From Pristiophorus japonicus (taxonomy: Eukaryota), in contig NC_092006.1 in the NCBI RefSeq assembly GCF_044704955.1, forward strand, positions 5,952,001 to 6,016,000: a DNA stretch of 64,000 nucleotides, in the 5' to 3' direction. Position numbers and translations under genes: made by a program. Below, piece by piece: positions 25,024 through 37,307 of this stretch (its first letter is position 1; the number at the start of each line of letters is the position of its first letter). The notes below the pieces were generated by a model. That model was not told the origin of the DNA and searched no databases. It saw only the letters and a list, made by a program, of their open reading frames with translations.

Positions 25024-25130
25024 CTGACTGCCGCTCCGGACAGCCGCCACAGACACCATCAGGAACAGGAGAAGCGTCGCCAACAAATTCAGGACCAACC
25101 GCAATCCGCAGGCGCTCTGTGACGGAGACA
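25024..25130 (-). CDS. R2 stalk/TM exon VSPSQSACGLRLVLNLLATLLLFLMVSVAAVRSGSQ
   Basis: tttcttacAG / GTAGGG, 107 nt (10 nt shorter than R1/R3), phase 1 to 0. Confidence 0.82.
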
Positions 25131-25596
25131 CTGTAAGAAAAGAGCTTTTTTTAAGAAAAAGGACGTTTCTGCTAAGAGTTAAACAAGTGCAGCCACCGAG
25201 CAAATCTGCTTGTGGAATTTCACACAAAACATTTTGCATAGTTCCCCAGCGAGCAGATATCTGAGAGCCCGCTGCTTACCGATAACTTTGCAATTAACAA
25301 GGACTGCGATGTTGCGATAGACAGGCAGACACCTGAGAGATAGACAGATGAGAACACAAGAAATAGGAGCAGGAGTCAGCCATTTGGCTCCACAGCTGGT
25401 CTGGTCTCGGGCTCAGCTCTACTTCCCTGTCTGATAGATAGACAGATAGAGATAGAGAGAGAGATAGAGAGATAGATATATATATATATATATATATAGA
25501 GAGCGAGAAAGAGAGATAGAGATTTAGAGTTAGAGATAGAGATAGAGAGATAGATAGAGAGATAGATAGAGAGAGAGATAGATAGTGAGATAGATC

Positions 25597-27222
25597 GATT
25601 GGATAGGCTGGGTTGTTTTCTTTGGAACAGAGGAGACTGAGGGGCGACCTTATTGAGGTGTATAAAATTATGAGGGGCCTGGATAGAGTGGATAGGACAG
25701 ACCTGTTTCCCTTGGCAGAGGGGTCAACAACCAGGGGCACAGATTGAAAGTAATTGGGAGGAGGTTTAGAGGGGATTTGAGGGGAAATGTCTTCACCCAG
25801 AGGGTGGTGGGGGTCTGGGGTGGAACTCACTGCCTGAAAGGGTGGTAGAGGCAGAAACCCTCACCACATTTAAAAAGCACCTGGATGTGCACTTGAAGTT
25901 CCGTAACCTACAGGGCTACGGACTGAGAGCTGGAAAGTGGGATTAGGCTGGGTCGCTCTTTGTCAGCCGGTGCGGACACGATGGGCCGAAATGGCCTCCT
26001 TCCGTGCTGTAAATTTCTATGATTCTAGGATAGACATCGTGATAGAACATAGCACAGTGGAAATGTAATCACATTTTTTGACTTTTAAGCAGGGAGGTAC
26101 CTTACTCCGAACATTTATTCCCTAGCTAGACAGATAGACTTCAAAATTCAGCAAGGTGGACACTGAAACATTGAGAGATATGTGATAGGGAGATCGTGGT
26201 ATAATTATACACGGAGACGCAGAAAAGGACGTAAGAATATAAGAACATAAGAAATAGGAACAGGAGTCGGCCATTCGGCCCCTCGAGCCTGCTCCGCCAT
26301 TCAATACGATCCTGGCTGATCCGATCATGGACTCAGCTCCACTTCCCCGCCCACTCCCCATAACCCTTCACTTCCTTATCGCTCAAAAATCTGTCTATCT
26401 CCACCTTAAATATATTCAATGTCCCAGCCTCCACAGCTCTCTGGGGCCGAGAATTCCACAGATTTACAACCCTCTGAGAGAAGAAATTCCTCCTCATCTC
26501 AGTTTTAAATGGGCGGCCCCTTATTCTGAGACTATGCCCCCTAGTTCTAGTATCCCCCATCAGTGGAAACATCCTCTCTGCATCCACCTTGTCGAGCCCC
26601 CTCATTATCTTATACGTTTCGATAAGATCACCTCTCATTCTTCTGAAATCCAATGAGTAGAGACCCAACCTGCTCAACCTTACCTAAGAAGTCAACCCCC
26701 TCATCTCCGGAATCAACCAAGTGAACCTTCTCTGAACTGCCTCCAGTGCAAGTATATCCTTCCTTAAATACGGAGACCAAAACTGCACGCAGTACTCCAG
26801 GTGTGGCCTCACCAATACCCTCTCCAGTTGTAGCAGGCCTTCTCTGCTTTTATACTCTATCCCCCTTGCAATAAAGGCCAAGATTCCATTCCAGTTGAGG
26901 TCGAAGATTGGCCGTGATCTTATTGAATGGCGGAGCAGGCTCGAGGGGCCGAATGGCCTCCTCCTGCTCCTAATTCGTATATTCTAAAATAGAGGTTAGA
27001 CTGAACAGTAACCGACATATCGTAGAGGGTTGTTGATGCCAGTCTGTTAGATATATTAAAGAGGAAGCTAGATATGGCCCTTACGGCTAAAGGGATCAAG
27101 GGGTATGGAGAGAAAGCAGGAATGGGGTATTGAGGTGAATGATCAGCCATGATCATATTGAATGGTGGTGCAGGCTCGAAGGGCCGAATGGCCTACTCCT
27201 GCACATATTTTCTATGTTTCTA
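25597..27222. mobile_element. CR1 fragments in R2 intron 3
   Basis: 25597-26027 (+), 26236-26890 (-), 27022-27222 (+). Confidence 0.85.
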
Positions 27223-27373
27223 GGTAAGGACAGTGGCCAAATACAGCGCTATGTATTCTGAATTCCCTGTCATTCTTCTGAACTCCAGGCCTTCAATATA
27301 CAAAAAGTTGCGAAGAAGTGAGACTCACATCACCATTGAAGATATTAGTGAAGGGGACACCGGCCACAGTTAC

Positions 27374-27679
27374 CTCCCGGAGATGCGACGCTTTCACTCA
27401 GGAGATCCCCGGTGGCGTTGATCGGAACGGTGCAAGTGCAGACGGCGCCGCTGCGCCAGGTTTCGGCCGAGACGCTCAGGACGCTTCTGGCGGTATAGCT
27501 CCCGTCCGGCTCCAGCGTCCCGGGCTCGCTCCGTCCCTCGGCGGCCCGTCCCGCAACCAGCCAGCGGATGGGGAAGGAGTCGGGAGCAGCGCCCCGCACC
27601 AGACACATCAAGGTCACCCTCTCCAGCCGGGGAATCTCAGCCGGCGGCGGCGTTAAGAGGAAGAGGACCGGGGGGCCCG
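27374..27679 (-). CDS. R2 C1-set exon AGPPVLFLLTPP..LMCLVRG..PIRW..EPDGSYTARSVLSVSAETWRSGAVCTCTV..
   Basis: ccatctAG / GTAACT, 306 nt, phase 1-1, C1 motifs. Confidence 0.92.
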
Positions 27680-27770
27680 CTAGATGGAAGGGAAATTGGA
27701 ATTAACCAGGCGCACAAGGTAGGTTTGAATTGGTGTCTCGACGCACAATTGGATGGACGAGTGGGATTAC

Positions 27771-28109
27771 CTGTGATCACCAGCGTGGTGCCAGTCCCGA
27801 ATATCAGGGACCGATTCCCGACGTTTGGAGCAGCGCAGTAATACCGCCCAGAATCGCTCCTCTGGACGTTGTCAATGACCAGCGAATGATTCCCCGATTG
27901 CTCGCAAACCTTGCCGGAAAATCTTCCCCCGGGCATCACGAACCGTCCGGTTTTGTAAACGAGCCGCATGCCCTCTCGGTGCCAGTGTGTGTACCAGTAA
28001 ACGATGCTTGGGGCCAACCTCCCGGTCTGGCATTGAAGTTTGACCAGGCTCCCAACATCGGCCGTTAGCAGCGCCGGAAATTGGCTCAAGACCGCCTGAG
28101 ACACGACAG
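27771..28109 (-). CDS. R2 germline-joined VJ exon ..VKLQC..YWY..RFSG..DSGRYYCAAPNVGNRSLIFGTGTTLVIT
   Basis: cttgtctcAG / GTAATC, 339 nt, phase 1-1. V-set motifs plus FGTG. Confidence 0.95.
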
Positions 28110-29099
28110 CTGAGACAAGGTTGCGGGGGGGACACAAAAATTTAAAAAAACACAATATTAACAACAGGTTATAGGCCCCCGAGTCACCCTGGATACCGAC
28201 ACATCTCAAATTCCCCTCCACTGGCGCGTCGGGAGCGCGTGTGGGAAATTCCGCCGCGCTGCGCACCGTTAAATTGCGCCTCTCCGCCCGCAATTCCCAC
28301 AGGCGCACAGTCCGAGTCCGTTCGCTGTGAAATCCGCTCCAATCATTGGCGAGCACCATGGCGACTGGCTGCAGTTAAGATTGCAAAATCCTTCTCCCAA
28401 ACCGATTATGCTTCCCCCTGGTCTAACCCGGCTCTCCAATCCATCTCTCCAGGGGTTGGGGACCGGGGGGCGCTTGATTGTGTTAAAATGGGGCGATAGC
28501 TTTCTCACTAATTCCACTAGACAGGCCCCCCTCTCCCAACGGCAGACCCTCGCCTTCAAATACCGGAGTTCACTGACATCTTTATCTCAGTTAGGGGGCA
28601 GTTCAGTGTCACATTCGCTTCCACTCACCCATCACAATGTTCGGCTCCAAAGTCGCGCTATCGGTATTGAGCGAAGCCCGCACACCTTTATACTTTGCCC
28701 AATATCTAATCTGCTTCTGAAAAAAATTATAGTTAAACGCAAACTTGTGTATCAGCGAACGATGCAACACAGGAGGCCATTCGGCCCATCAAACCTGTGT
28801 TGTGCCGGCTCTGTGACAGAGCGACTCAATCATTCCCACTCCGCCCCTGCTCTTTCCCCACAGCCCGGCATATTGCCTACTTTCCAAATATTTATCCAAT
28901 TCCCCCGTTTGAAAGTCACTTTTTCATCTGCTCCCAGTGCCCCTTTCAAGTAGCGCGTTCCCGAGCACAAGCTCTCAGGGCTTGAAAACACGTCCTGATC
29001 TCCCCCTCTGGTTCTGTTACCGATTATCTCAAACATGTGTCCTCTGCTTCCCCACCCTCCTCCCACTGGAAACAATCTCTCCTTCTTTACTCGATCGGA

Positions 29100-30090
29100 A
29101 ACCTTCCCCTTATTAATTCAATACAAAACCCTTCTCCTTATTAATTCGCTCCAAAACCCTTCTCCTTATTAATTCTCTCCAAAACCCTTCTCCTTATTAA
29201 TTCTCTACAAAACCCTTCTCCTTATTAATTCGCTCCAAAACCCTTCTCCTTATTAATTCTCTACAAAATCCTTCTCCTTATTAATTCTCTACAAAATCCT
29301 TCTCATTATTAATTCTCTCCAAAACCCTTCTCATTATTAATTCTCTCCAAAACCCTTCTCCTTATTAATTCACTCCAAAACCCTTCTCCTAATTAATTCT
29401 CTCCAAAGCCTTTCTCATTATTAATTCTCTCCAAAACCCTTCTCATTATTAATTCTCTCCAAAACCCTTCTCCTTATTAATTCTATCCAAAATCCTCCTC
29501 CTTATTAATTCTCTCCAAAACCCTCCTCCTTATTAATTCTCTCCAAAACCCTTCTCCTTATTAATTATCTCCAAAATCGTTCTCCTTATTAATTCGCTCC
29601 AAAACCCTTCTCCTTATTAATTCTAACCAAAACCCTTCTCCTTATTAATTCTCTCCAAAATCCTTCTCATTATTAATTCTCTCCAAAACCCTTCTCATTA
29701 TTAATTCTCTCCAAAACCCTTCTCCTTATTAATTCTATCCAAAACCCTTCTCATTATTAATTCACTCCAAAACCCTTCTCCTAATTAATTCTCTCCAAAG
29801 CCTTTCTCATTATTAATTCTCTCCAAAACCCTTCTCATTATTAATTCTCTCCAAAACCCTTCTCCTTATTAATTCTATCCAAAATCCTCCTCCTTATTAA
29901 TTCTCTCCAAAACCCTCCTCCTTATTAATTCTCTCCAAAACCCTTCTCCTTATTAATTCTATCCAAAACCCTTCTCATTATTAATTCACTCCAAAACCCT
30001 TCTCCTAATTAATTCTCTCCAAAGCCTTTCTCATTATTAATTCTCTCCAAAACCCTTTTCCTTATTAATTTGCTCCAAAACCCTTCCCTT
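29100..30090 (-). repeat. 28 bp minisatellite, about 35 copies, R2 intron 1
   Basis: Unit TTATTAATTCTCTCCAAAACCCTTCTCC on the + strand. Confidence 0.92.
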
Positions 30091-30147
30091 GGTTTACTCT
30101 CTCCTAACCCCTTCCTCACTCTGGCAAAACATCGAAGGCTATCTCAC

Positions 30148-30190
30148 CTTGGAAGAGATGGAACAGCACACAGAGGCCACAGAAGCTCAT
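30148..30190 (-). CDS. R2 signal peptide exon MSFCGLCVLFHLFQ
   Basis: ATG at 30190, 43 nt, G|GTGAGA. Identical to the R3 leader. The full model is 840 nt, 279 aa. Confidence 0.85.
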
Positions 30191-30887
30191 TATCACTGCC
30201 CCAGGAGGGTTGAACTCTGATGCTGGGACTGTCAGCTCAGGGAGGAATGGTTGTCAGCAGGTCGGTGCGAGGCTGGTGTGAAATGCCGAGCCAATTGTGG
30301 TAAGCACGCACTGTGTTTATTAATAAATGTACGATTTGGGCTGCAAAATAGTGCCGAAGCAGAAAGCTCTGTGTGGGTTTCCTGTTTTTACAGGTAAAGA
30401 GATGAAACACACACACACCATCTGTGTTACAGAAGGCACCTCGTCTCTACGCATGTTAGTTTGACCACACTTGGAGCACTGCGCACGGTTCTGGTCTCCA
30501 TCTTTCAAAAAAATATAGAGACACTGGAGCGGGTGTAAACAAGATTCAGAAAGATGACACCAGAACTGAGAGCGGTGAGACTGATCAGGAAAGGCTCAAC
30601 AGACTGGGGCACTTTTCTCCAGAAAATTACATAGTATGTACATCACAGAAACAGACCATTCAGCCCCACCGCTCCGTGCCGGGGTTTATGCTCCACACCA
30701 GCCCCTCCCACCCCTCTCCATATCACCCCATCCCCATATCCTTCTATTCCTTTCTCCCTCATGTGTTCATCCAGCCTCCCCTTAAATACATCGATACTAT
30801 TCGCCTCACCCCCTCCCTGTGGCAGCGAGTTCCACATCTCAGCGCACTCTGGGTCAAGAAGTTTCTCCTGAATTCCCCATTGGGTTT

Positions 30888-32358
30888 ATAAGAACATAAG
30901 AAACAGGAGCAGGAGTAGGCCATTCGGCCCCTCGAGCCTGCTCTGCCATTTAGTACGATCATGGCTGATCTGATCATGGACTCAGCTCCACTTCCCTGCC
31001 CGCCTCCTTATTCCCTTATCGTTTAAGAAACTGTCTTAAATTTATTCAATGTCCCAGCTTCCACAGCTCTCTGAGGCAGCAAATTCCACAGATTTACAAC
31101 CCTCTGAGAGAAGAAATTTCTCCTCATCTCAGTTTTAAATGGGCGGCCCCTTATTCTAAGACCATGCCCCCTAGTTCTAGTCTCTCCCATCAGTGAAAAC
31201 ATCCTCTCTGCATCCACCTTGTCAAGCCCCCTCATAATCTTATATGTTTCGATAAGATCACCTCTCATTCTTCTGAATTCCAATGAGTAGAGGCCCAACC
31301 TAATCAACCTTTCCTCATAAGTCAACCCCCTCATCCCCGGAATCAACTGAGTGAACCTTCTCTGAACTGCCTCCAAAGCAAGTATATCCTTTCGTAAATA
31401 TGGAAACCAAAACTGTATTCAGTATTCCAGGTGTGGCCTCACCAATACCCTGTATAGCTGTAGCAAGACTTCCCTGCTTTTATACTCCATCCCCTTTGCA
31501 ATAAAGGCCAAGATTCCATTGGCCTTCCTGATCACTTGCTGTACCTGCATACTATCCTTTTGTGTTTCATGCACAATTACCCCCGGGTCCTGCTGTACTG
31601 CAGCACTTTGCAATCTTTCTCCATTTAAATAATAACTTGCTCTTTGATTTTTTTCTGCCAAAGTGCATGACCTCACACTTTCCAACATTATACTCCATCT
31701 GCCAAATTTTTGCCCACTCACTTAGCCTGTCTCTGTCCTTTTGCAGATTTTTTGTGTCCTCCTCACACATTGCTTTTCCTCCCATCTTTGTATCGTCAGC
31801 AAACATGGCTACGTTACACTCAGTCCCTTCTTCCAAGTCGTCAATCTAGATTCCAAGTCGCCAATACAGCACTGATCCCTGTGGCAGCCCCCCTAGTTAC
31901 TGATTGCCAATCTGAGAATGAATCATTTATCCCGACTCCTGTTTTCTGTTCGTTAGCCAATCCTCTATCCATGCTAATATATTACCCCCAAACCCGTAAA
32001 CCTTTATCTTGTGCAGTAACCTTTTATGTGGCACCTTGTCAAATGCCTTCTGGAAGTCCAAATACAGCACTTCCACTGGTTCCCCTTTATCCATCTTGTT
32101 CATTACATCCTCAAAGAATTCCAGCAAATTTGTCAAACATGACGTCCCCGTCATAAATCCATGCTGACTCTGCCTGACCCAATTTTGCTTTTCCAAATGT
32201 CCTGCTACTGCTTCTTTAATAATGCACTCCAACATTTTCCCGACCACAGATGTTAGGCTAACTGGTCTATAGTTTCCTGATTTTTGTCTGCCTCCTTTTT
32301 TATATAGGGGCGTTACATTTGAAGTTTTCCAATCTGCTGGGACCTCTCCAGAATCCAT
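30888..32358 (-). mobile_element. 1.5 kb CR1 fragment including part of the RT domain (disrupted)
   Basis: NYRPVSLTS, QHGF, YLDFQKAFDKVPH and FADDTK, with frameshifts. Confidence 0.92.
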
Positions 32359-34656
32359 TTATGAGTGACTGTCTTATATCGATGGCCCCCTCGTTCTGGT
32401 CTTCTCCCTCAAGTGGAAGCATCTCTATTGTGAGGCAGTAGTGGATATGATCCATTCAGACTTCCCTATAACGGTGGTGAGCACATATTTGAGGTATGGA
32501 GAACCCAGATGCAATGAAAATGGGTTAAGAATGTAAAAAAAACACAAGATAAGGCCCGAGGACTGTGCAAGAAACAGACCTGAGAAACATAGACATATAA
32601 ACATAGAAAATAGGTGCAGGAGCAGGCCATTCGGCCCTTCGAGCCTGCACCACCATTCAATATGATCATGGCTGATCATGCAACTTCAGTACCCCATTCC
32701 TGCTTTCTCTCCATTCCCCTTGATCCCTTTCGCCGTAAGGGCCACATCTAACTCCCTTTTGAATATATCCAACGAACTGGCCTCAACAACTTTCTGTGGT
32801 AGAGAATTCCACAGGTTCACAATTCTCTGAGTGAAGAAGTTTCTCCTCATCTCGGTCCTAAATGGCTTACCCCTTATCCTTAGACTGTGACCCCTGGTTC
32901 TGGACTTCCCCAACATCGGGAACATTCTTCCTGCATCTAGAATTGGCTTCGAAAAGGCGGATCCCAAACAATAGTGAGAGTTAATAACTAACTTTACTGC
33001 ATGCATTTCTGTTCGAACTATAAACGAGGTCAGGTGTAATCGAATAAACAGGGCTCGACGATTTCTGGAGACTGGGGCAAACCGGGTTCAACTGGGTGCT
33101 GTCTATAATACACGTGTCTTAATTTCCAGAATTATCCAGATAACCAATTATTCACACGAGTAAATAAGATTAACTCGCAGCACAACTCATTGCAAAATCC
33201 GTCGTCCCCTTTTAGGATTGATGGAACTTTATGTCAGAATATATGGGTTTAAAAAGAACAAATTATGCCAGAAAGCAGCAGTAAGGGTGTGTTACCAGCT
33301 ATAATCTGCAAACTCTGTATAAAACGTTGAGGGGGCTTGGAACCAGAAAAGCCAGCGTGTTGCAGACAATGTGCTGTCCCAGTATGGAGATCTGTGCTCC
33401 AATTTATTCTGTCCCAGGCCTCAAATCAGCAAATGGGCGGTTTGGTCACTCCTGGGAATCGCCACTTCTATCATCGTGGCATCCCCACCGACACCTGGGA
33501 GTCCCTGTGGCCAAAGACCAGTGGAGGAAGTGCATCCGGGAGGGCGCTGAGCACCTCGAGTCTGGTCGCCGAGAGCGTGCAGAAACCAAGCGCAGGCAGC
33601 GGAAGGAGCGTGCGGCAAACCTGTCCCACCCTCCCCTTACCCTCAACCACTGTCTGTCCCACCCGTGACAGGGGACTGTGGCTCTCGTATTGGACTGTTC
33701 GGCCACCGAAGGACTCATGCTAAGAGTGGAAGCGAGTCTTCCTCGATTCCGAGGGCCTGCCGACGATGATGATTATATTGTAGGACAGCTCTGTCTTCTA
33801 CGTCAATGTGTATGCGCGTCGTGCACAACGGTTGATTCACATCCGAATCATTGAAAGATTTGTTTGCCAGTGATATCAAGGGCTTTTATTTTGCACTGGA
33901 AGTTGAGAATAAATGGACCTGAAACGGGAAGTTCTACTGACAGCACTGCGGTATAGCGCCGGCTAGCGATGAAATTGATGTCGTGCAACACCCCCCCCAA
34001 AGGCCAGTTATCGCACTCAGTACCCCAGGGTGAGAGGTTCCTTGGGTATTTGACGATCCGGACATTTCTTTGGCCAGTAACGCGCGGACCCACTAATTCA
34101 AGAGGACTGGTGGGTCAGTGCTCAGTTGAAATCTGATATCCCCCACACAACAGAGAAATGCAGTTCATTGCAGGGGTCCCGCAAATAACCCATCTTTTAG
34201 CACCAGGAGGAGGCCATTCAGCCCCTCGAGCCTGCGGTTCCATTCAGTTAGCTCATGGGCTGATCTGTATCTTAACCCCATCCACCTGCCTTGGTCCCAT
34301 AACCCTGAATACCCTTACCCAACAAATAACTATCCATCTTAGTTTTGACATTTTACAATTGCCCCCCCCCCCAGCCTCGACAGCTTTCTGAGGTAGAGAG
34401 TTCCACATTGCCACTACCCTTTGTGTGAAGAAGGGCTTCCTGACATCAACCCTCAATGGCCTGGCTCTAATTTTAAGGTGACATCCCCTTGTTCTGGACT
34501 CCCCCCACCAAGAGGCCATAGTTTCTCTCGATCTACCCCCTCAACTCCTTCAATCATCTTAAATACTTCAAATAGATCATTCCTTGATCTTCTATATTCA
34601 AGAGAATTCAAGCCTCGTCCATGCAAACGGTCCTCACAATTGAACTCTTTCCCATA

Positions 34657-35390
34657 GTGTCAGCTGTGGTTGTGGGTAGCACACTCGTCTCAGAGTCAGA
34701 AGGTCATCGGTTCAAGTCCCACTCCAGGAACTTGAGCATATAAATCCAAGATGGCACTCCCAGTGCAGTGCTGAGGGAGCGCCGCACTGTCGGAGGGGCG
34801 GTGCTGAGGGAGCGCCGCACTGTCGGAGGGGCGGTGCTGAGGGAGCGCTGCACTGTCGGAGGGGCAGTGCTGAGGGAGTGCCGCACTGTCGGAGGGGCAG
34901 TGCTGAGGGAGCGCCGCACTGTCAGAGAGGCGGTACTGAGGGAGTGCCGCACTGTCGGAGGGGCAGTGCTGAGGGTGCGCCGCACTGTCGGAGGGGCCGT
35001 ACTGAGGGAGTGCCGCATTGTCATAGGGACGATACTGAGGGAGCGCCGCACTGTCGGAGGTGCTGTCTTTCAGATGAGACATTTAAACCGAGGCCCTGTC
35101 TGCCCTCTCAGGTGGATGTAAAAGATCCCTTGGCACTATTTCGAAGAAGAGTAGGGGAGTTATCTCTGGTTCTTGGCCAATATTTATCCCTCAATCTACA
35201 AAGCAGATGATCTGGGTCATTATCACATTGCTGTGTGTGGGAGCTTGCTGTGCGCAAATTCAGCAGCTGCGTTTCTCACATTACAACAGTGACTATACTC
35301 CAAAAGTACTTCATTGGCTGTAAAGCGCAGTTTGAGACGTCCAGTGGTCATGAAAGGCGCTATATAAATGCAATGGCTTTCTTCTTTCTA
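34657..35390 (+). mobile_element. Full-length Deu-SINE with about 9 copies of the 33 bp unit
   Basis: tRNA head, core, and GCGCTATATAAATGCAA tail. Confidence 0.8.
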
Positions 35391-36964
35391 GCCCCTGCAT
35401 AAAGTATCTGTTTAAGTCTCAAATGAGGTATTGTATACTGGGATTACTCCAACCCCGGTAAATTTCTCTATTTGAACTAGCCGGAACTACGCGTGAGTTG
35501 GATAAAATTTACCAAAGATATTTGATAGCATTCCATTGCTACCACAAGTCACACACCACCTCGGGATTTCCGGATCTGCTTTACAGTCAACGGAGCAACA
35601 TTTTCAAGTGTGGTCACTGGTGCAATGTCGGGACACGCGGCCAATTTCCGCACAGCAAGCTCCCACAAACTCACGCTTACCAAAAGAAAATCACTAAACT
35701 GGCTGTAAAGCGCGTTGGGACGTCCTGATGTCATGAAAGGCACTATATAAATTCCCTAAATTAAGAAGTGTGGGTTATAGACAGGCCCCAGTCTCTAGAA
35801 CTTGTCGGTCCCTGTTTACCGATTACACCTAGTTCGAACAGAAATGCACACAGTAAAGTTAGTTATTTATTCTCAATATTGTTTCCGATCCTCCTTTTCT
35901 AAGAGGAGCCAATTCTAGTTCTCGGGTCTGTTTCTTGCACAGTCCTCGGGCCTTATCTTGTGTGTTTTTACATTCTTAACACGTCTACATTACATCTGAC
36001 TTCTCCATACCTCAAATATGTGCTCACCCCCCACCCCGTTATAGAGAAGGCTGTATGGATCCTATCCACTACCGTCTCACAATAGAGATGTTTCCACTTG
36101 TGGGAGAGCCTAGATCTAGGGGGCCATCACTATACGACAGTCACCCATAAATCCAATGGGGAATTCAGGAGAAACTTCATCACCCAGAAAATGGGGAGAA
36201 TGTGGAACTCGCTGCCAAAGGGAGGGGTTGAAAATAGGTGCAGGAACAGGCCATTCGGCCCTTTGAACCTGCACCACCATTCAATATGATCATGGCTGAT
36301 CATGCAACTTCAGTACCCCATTCCTGCTTTCTCTCCATACCCCCTTGATCCCTTCAGCCGTAAGGACCACATCTAACTCCCTTTTGAATATATCCAACGA
36401 ACTGGCCTCAACAACTCTCTGCAGGAGAGACTTCCACAGGTTCACAATTCTCTGAGTGAAGAAGTTTCTCCTCATCTCGGTCCTAGATGGCTTACCCCTT
36501 ATCCTGAGAGTGTGACCCCTGGTTCTGGACTTCCCCAACATCGGGAACATTCTTCCTGCATCTACCCGGTCCAATCCCGGCAGAATCTGAGGCGAATAGT
36601 ATCGATGCATTTAAGGGGAGGCTGGATCAACACATGAGGGAGAAAGTAATAGAAGGATATGGGGATGGGGTGAGATGGAGAGTGGTGGGAGGGGCTGGTG
36701 TGGAGCATAAACCCCGGCACGGAGCGGTGGGGCTGAATGATCTGTTTCTGTGATGTACATTCTCTCTAATTTTCGAGAGAAAAGTGCCCCAGTCTGTTGA
36801 GCCTTTCCTGATCAGTATAACCTCTCTCAATTCTGGTGTCATCTTTCTGAATCTTGTTTACACCCGCTCCAGTGTCTCTATATTCTTTTGAAAGATGGAG
36901 ACCAGAACCGTGCGCAGTGCTCCAAGTGTGGTCAAACTAACATGCGTAGAGACGAGGTGCCTTC

Positions 36965-37205
36965 TGTAACACAGATGGTGTGTGTGTGTTTTATCTCTTT
37001 ACCTGTAAAAACAGGAAACCCACACAGAGCTTTCTGCCTTGGCACTATTTTGCAGCCCAAATCGTACATTTATTAATAAACACAGTGCGTGCTTACCACA
37101 ATTGGCTCGGCATTTCACACCAGCCTCGCACCGACCTGCTGACAACCATTCCTCCCTGAGCTGCCAGTCCCAGCATCAGAGTTCAACCCTCCTGGGGCAG
37201 GGATA
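36965..37205 (+). promoter_or_regulatory. R3 promoter (mirrored for R2 at 30191-30430): E-box, ETS ACAGGAAA near 37011, RUNX ACCACA 37095-37100, ATTGG
   Basis: Motif matches directly upstream of the leader ATG. No Ig octamer seen. Confidence 0.4.
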
Positions 37206-37248
37206 ATGAGCTTCTGTGGCCTCTGTGTGCTGTTCCATCTCTTCCAAG
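37206..37248 (+). CDS. R3 signal peptide exon MSFCGLCVLFHLFQ
   Basis: ATG at 37206, G|GTGAGA, 43 nt. Confidence 0.85.
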
Positions 37249-37307
37249 GTGAGATAGCCTTCGATGTTTTGCCAGAGTGGGGAAGGGGTTAGGAGAGAGT
37301 AAACCAA

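Noticed and set aside
27374-28109. NITR, SIRP, CD8 or NKp30 identity
   Set aside because: The second domain is a single C1-set. NITRs have an I-type second domain, SIRPs typically two C1 domains, and CD8 and NKp30 none. No gene symbol is assigned without a phylogeny.
27637-28359. 240 aa single-exon ORF with an N-terminal extension
   Set aside because: The extension is intron read-through. It is frameshifted in the R3 copy at the poly-C tract, and a proper leader exon exists.
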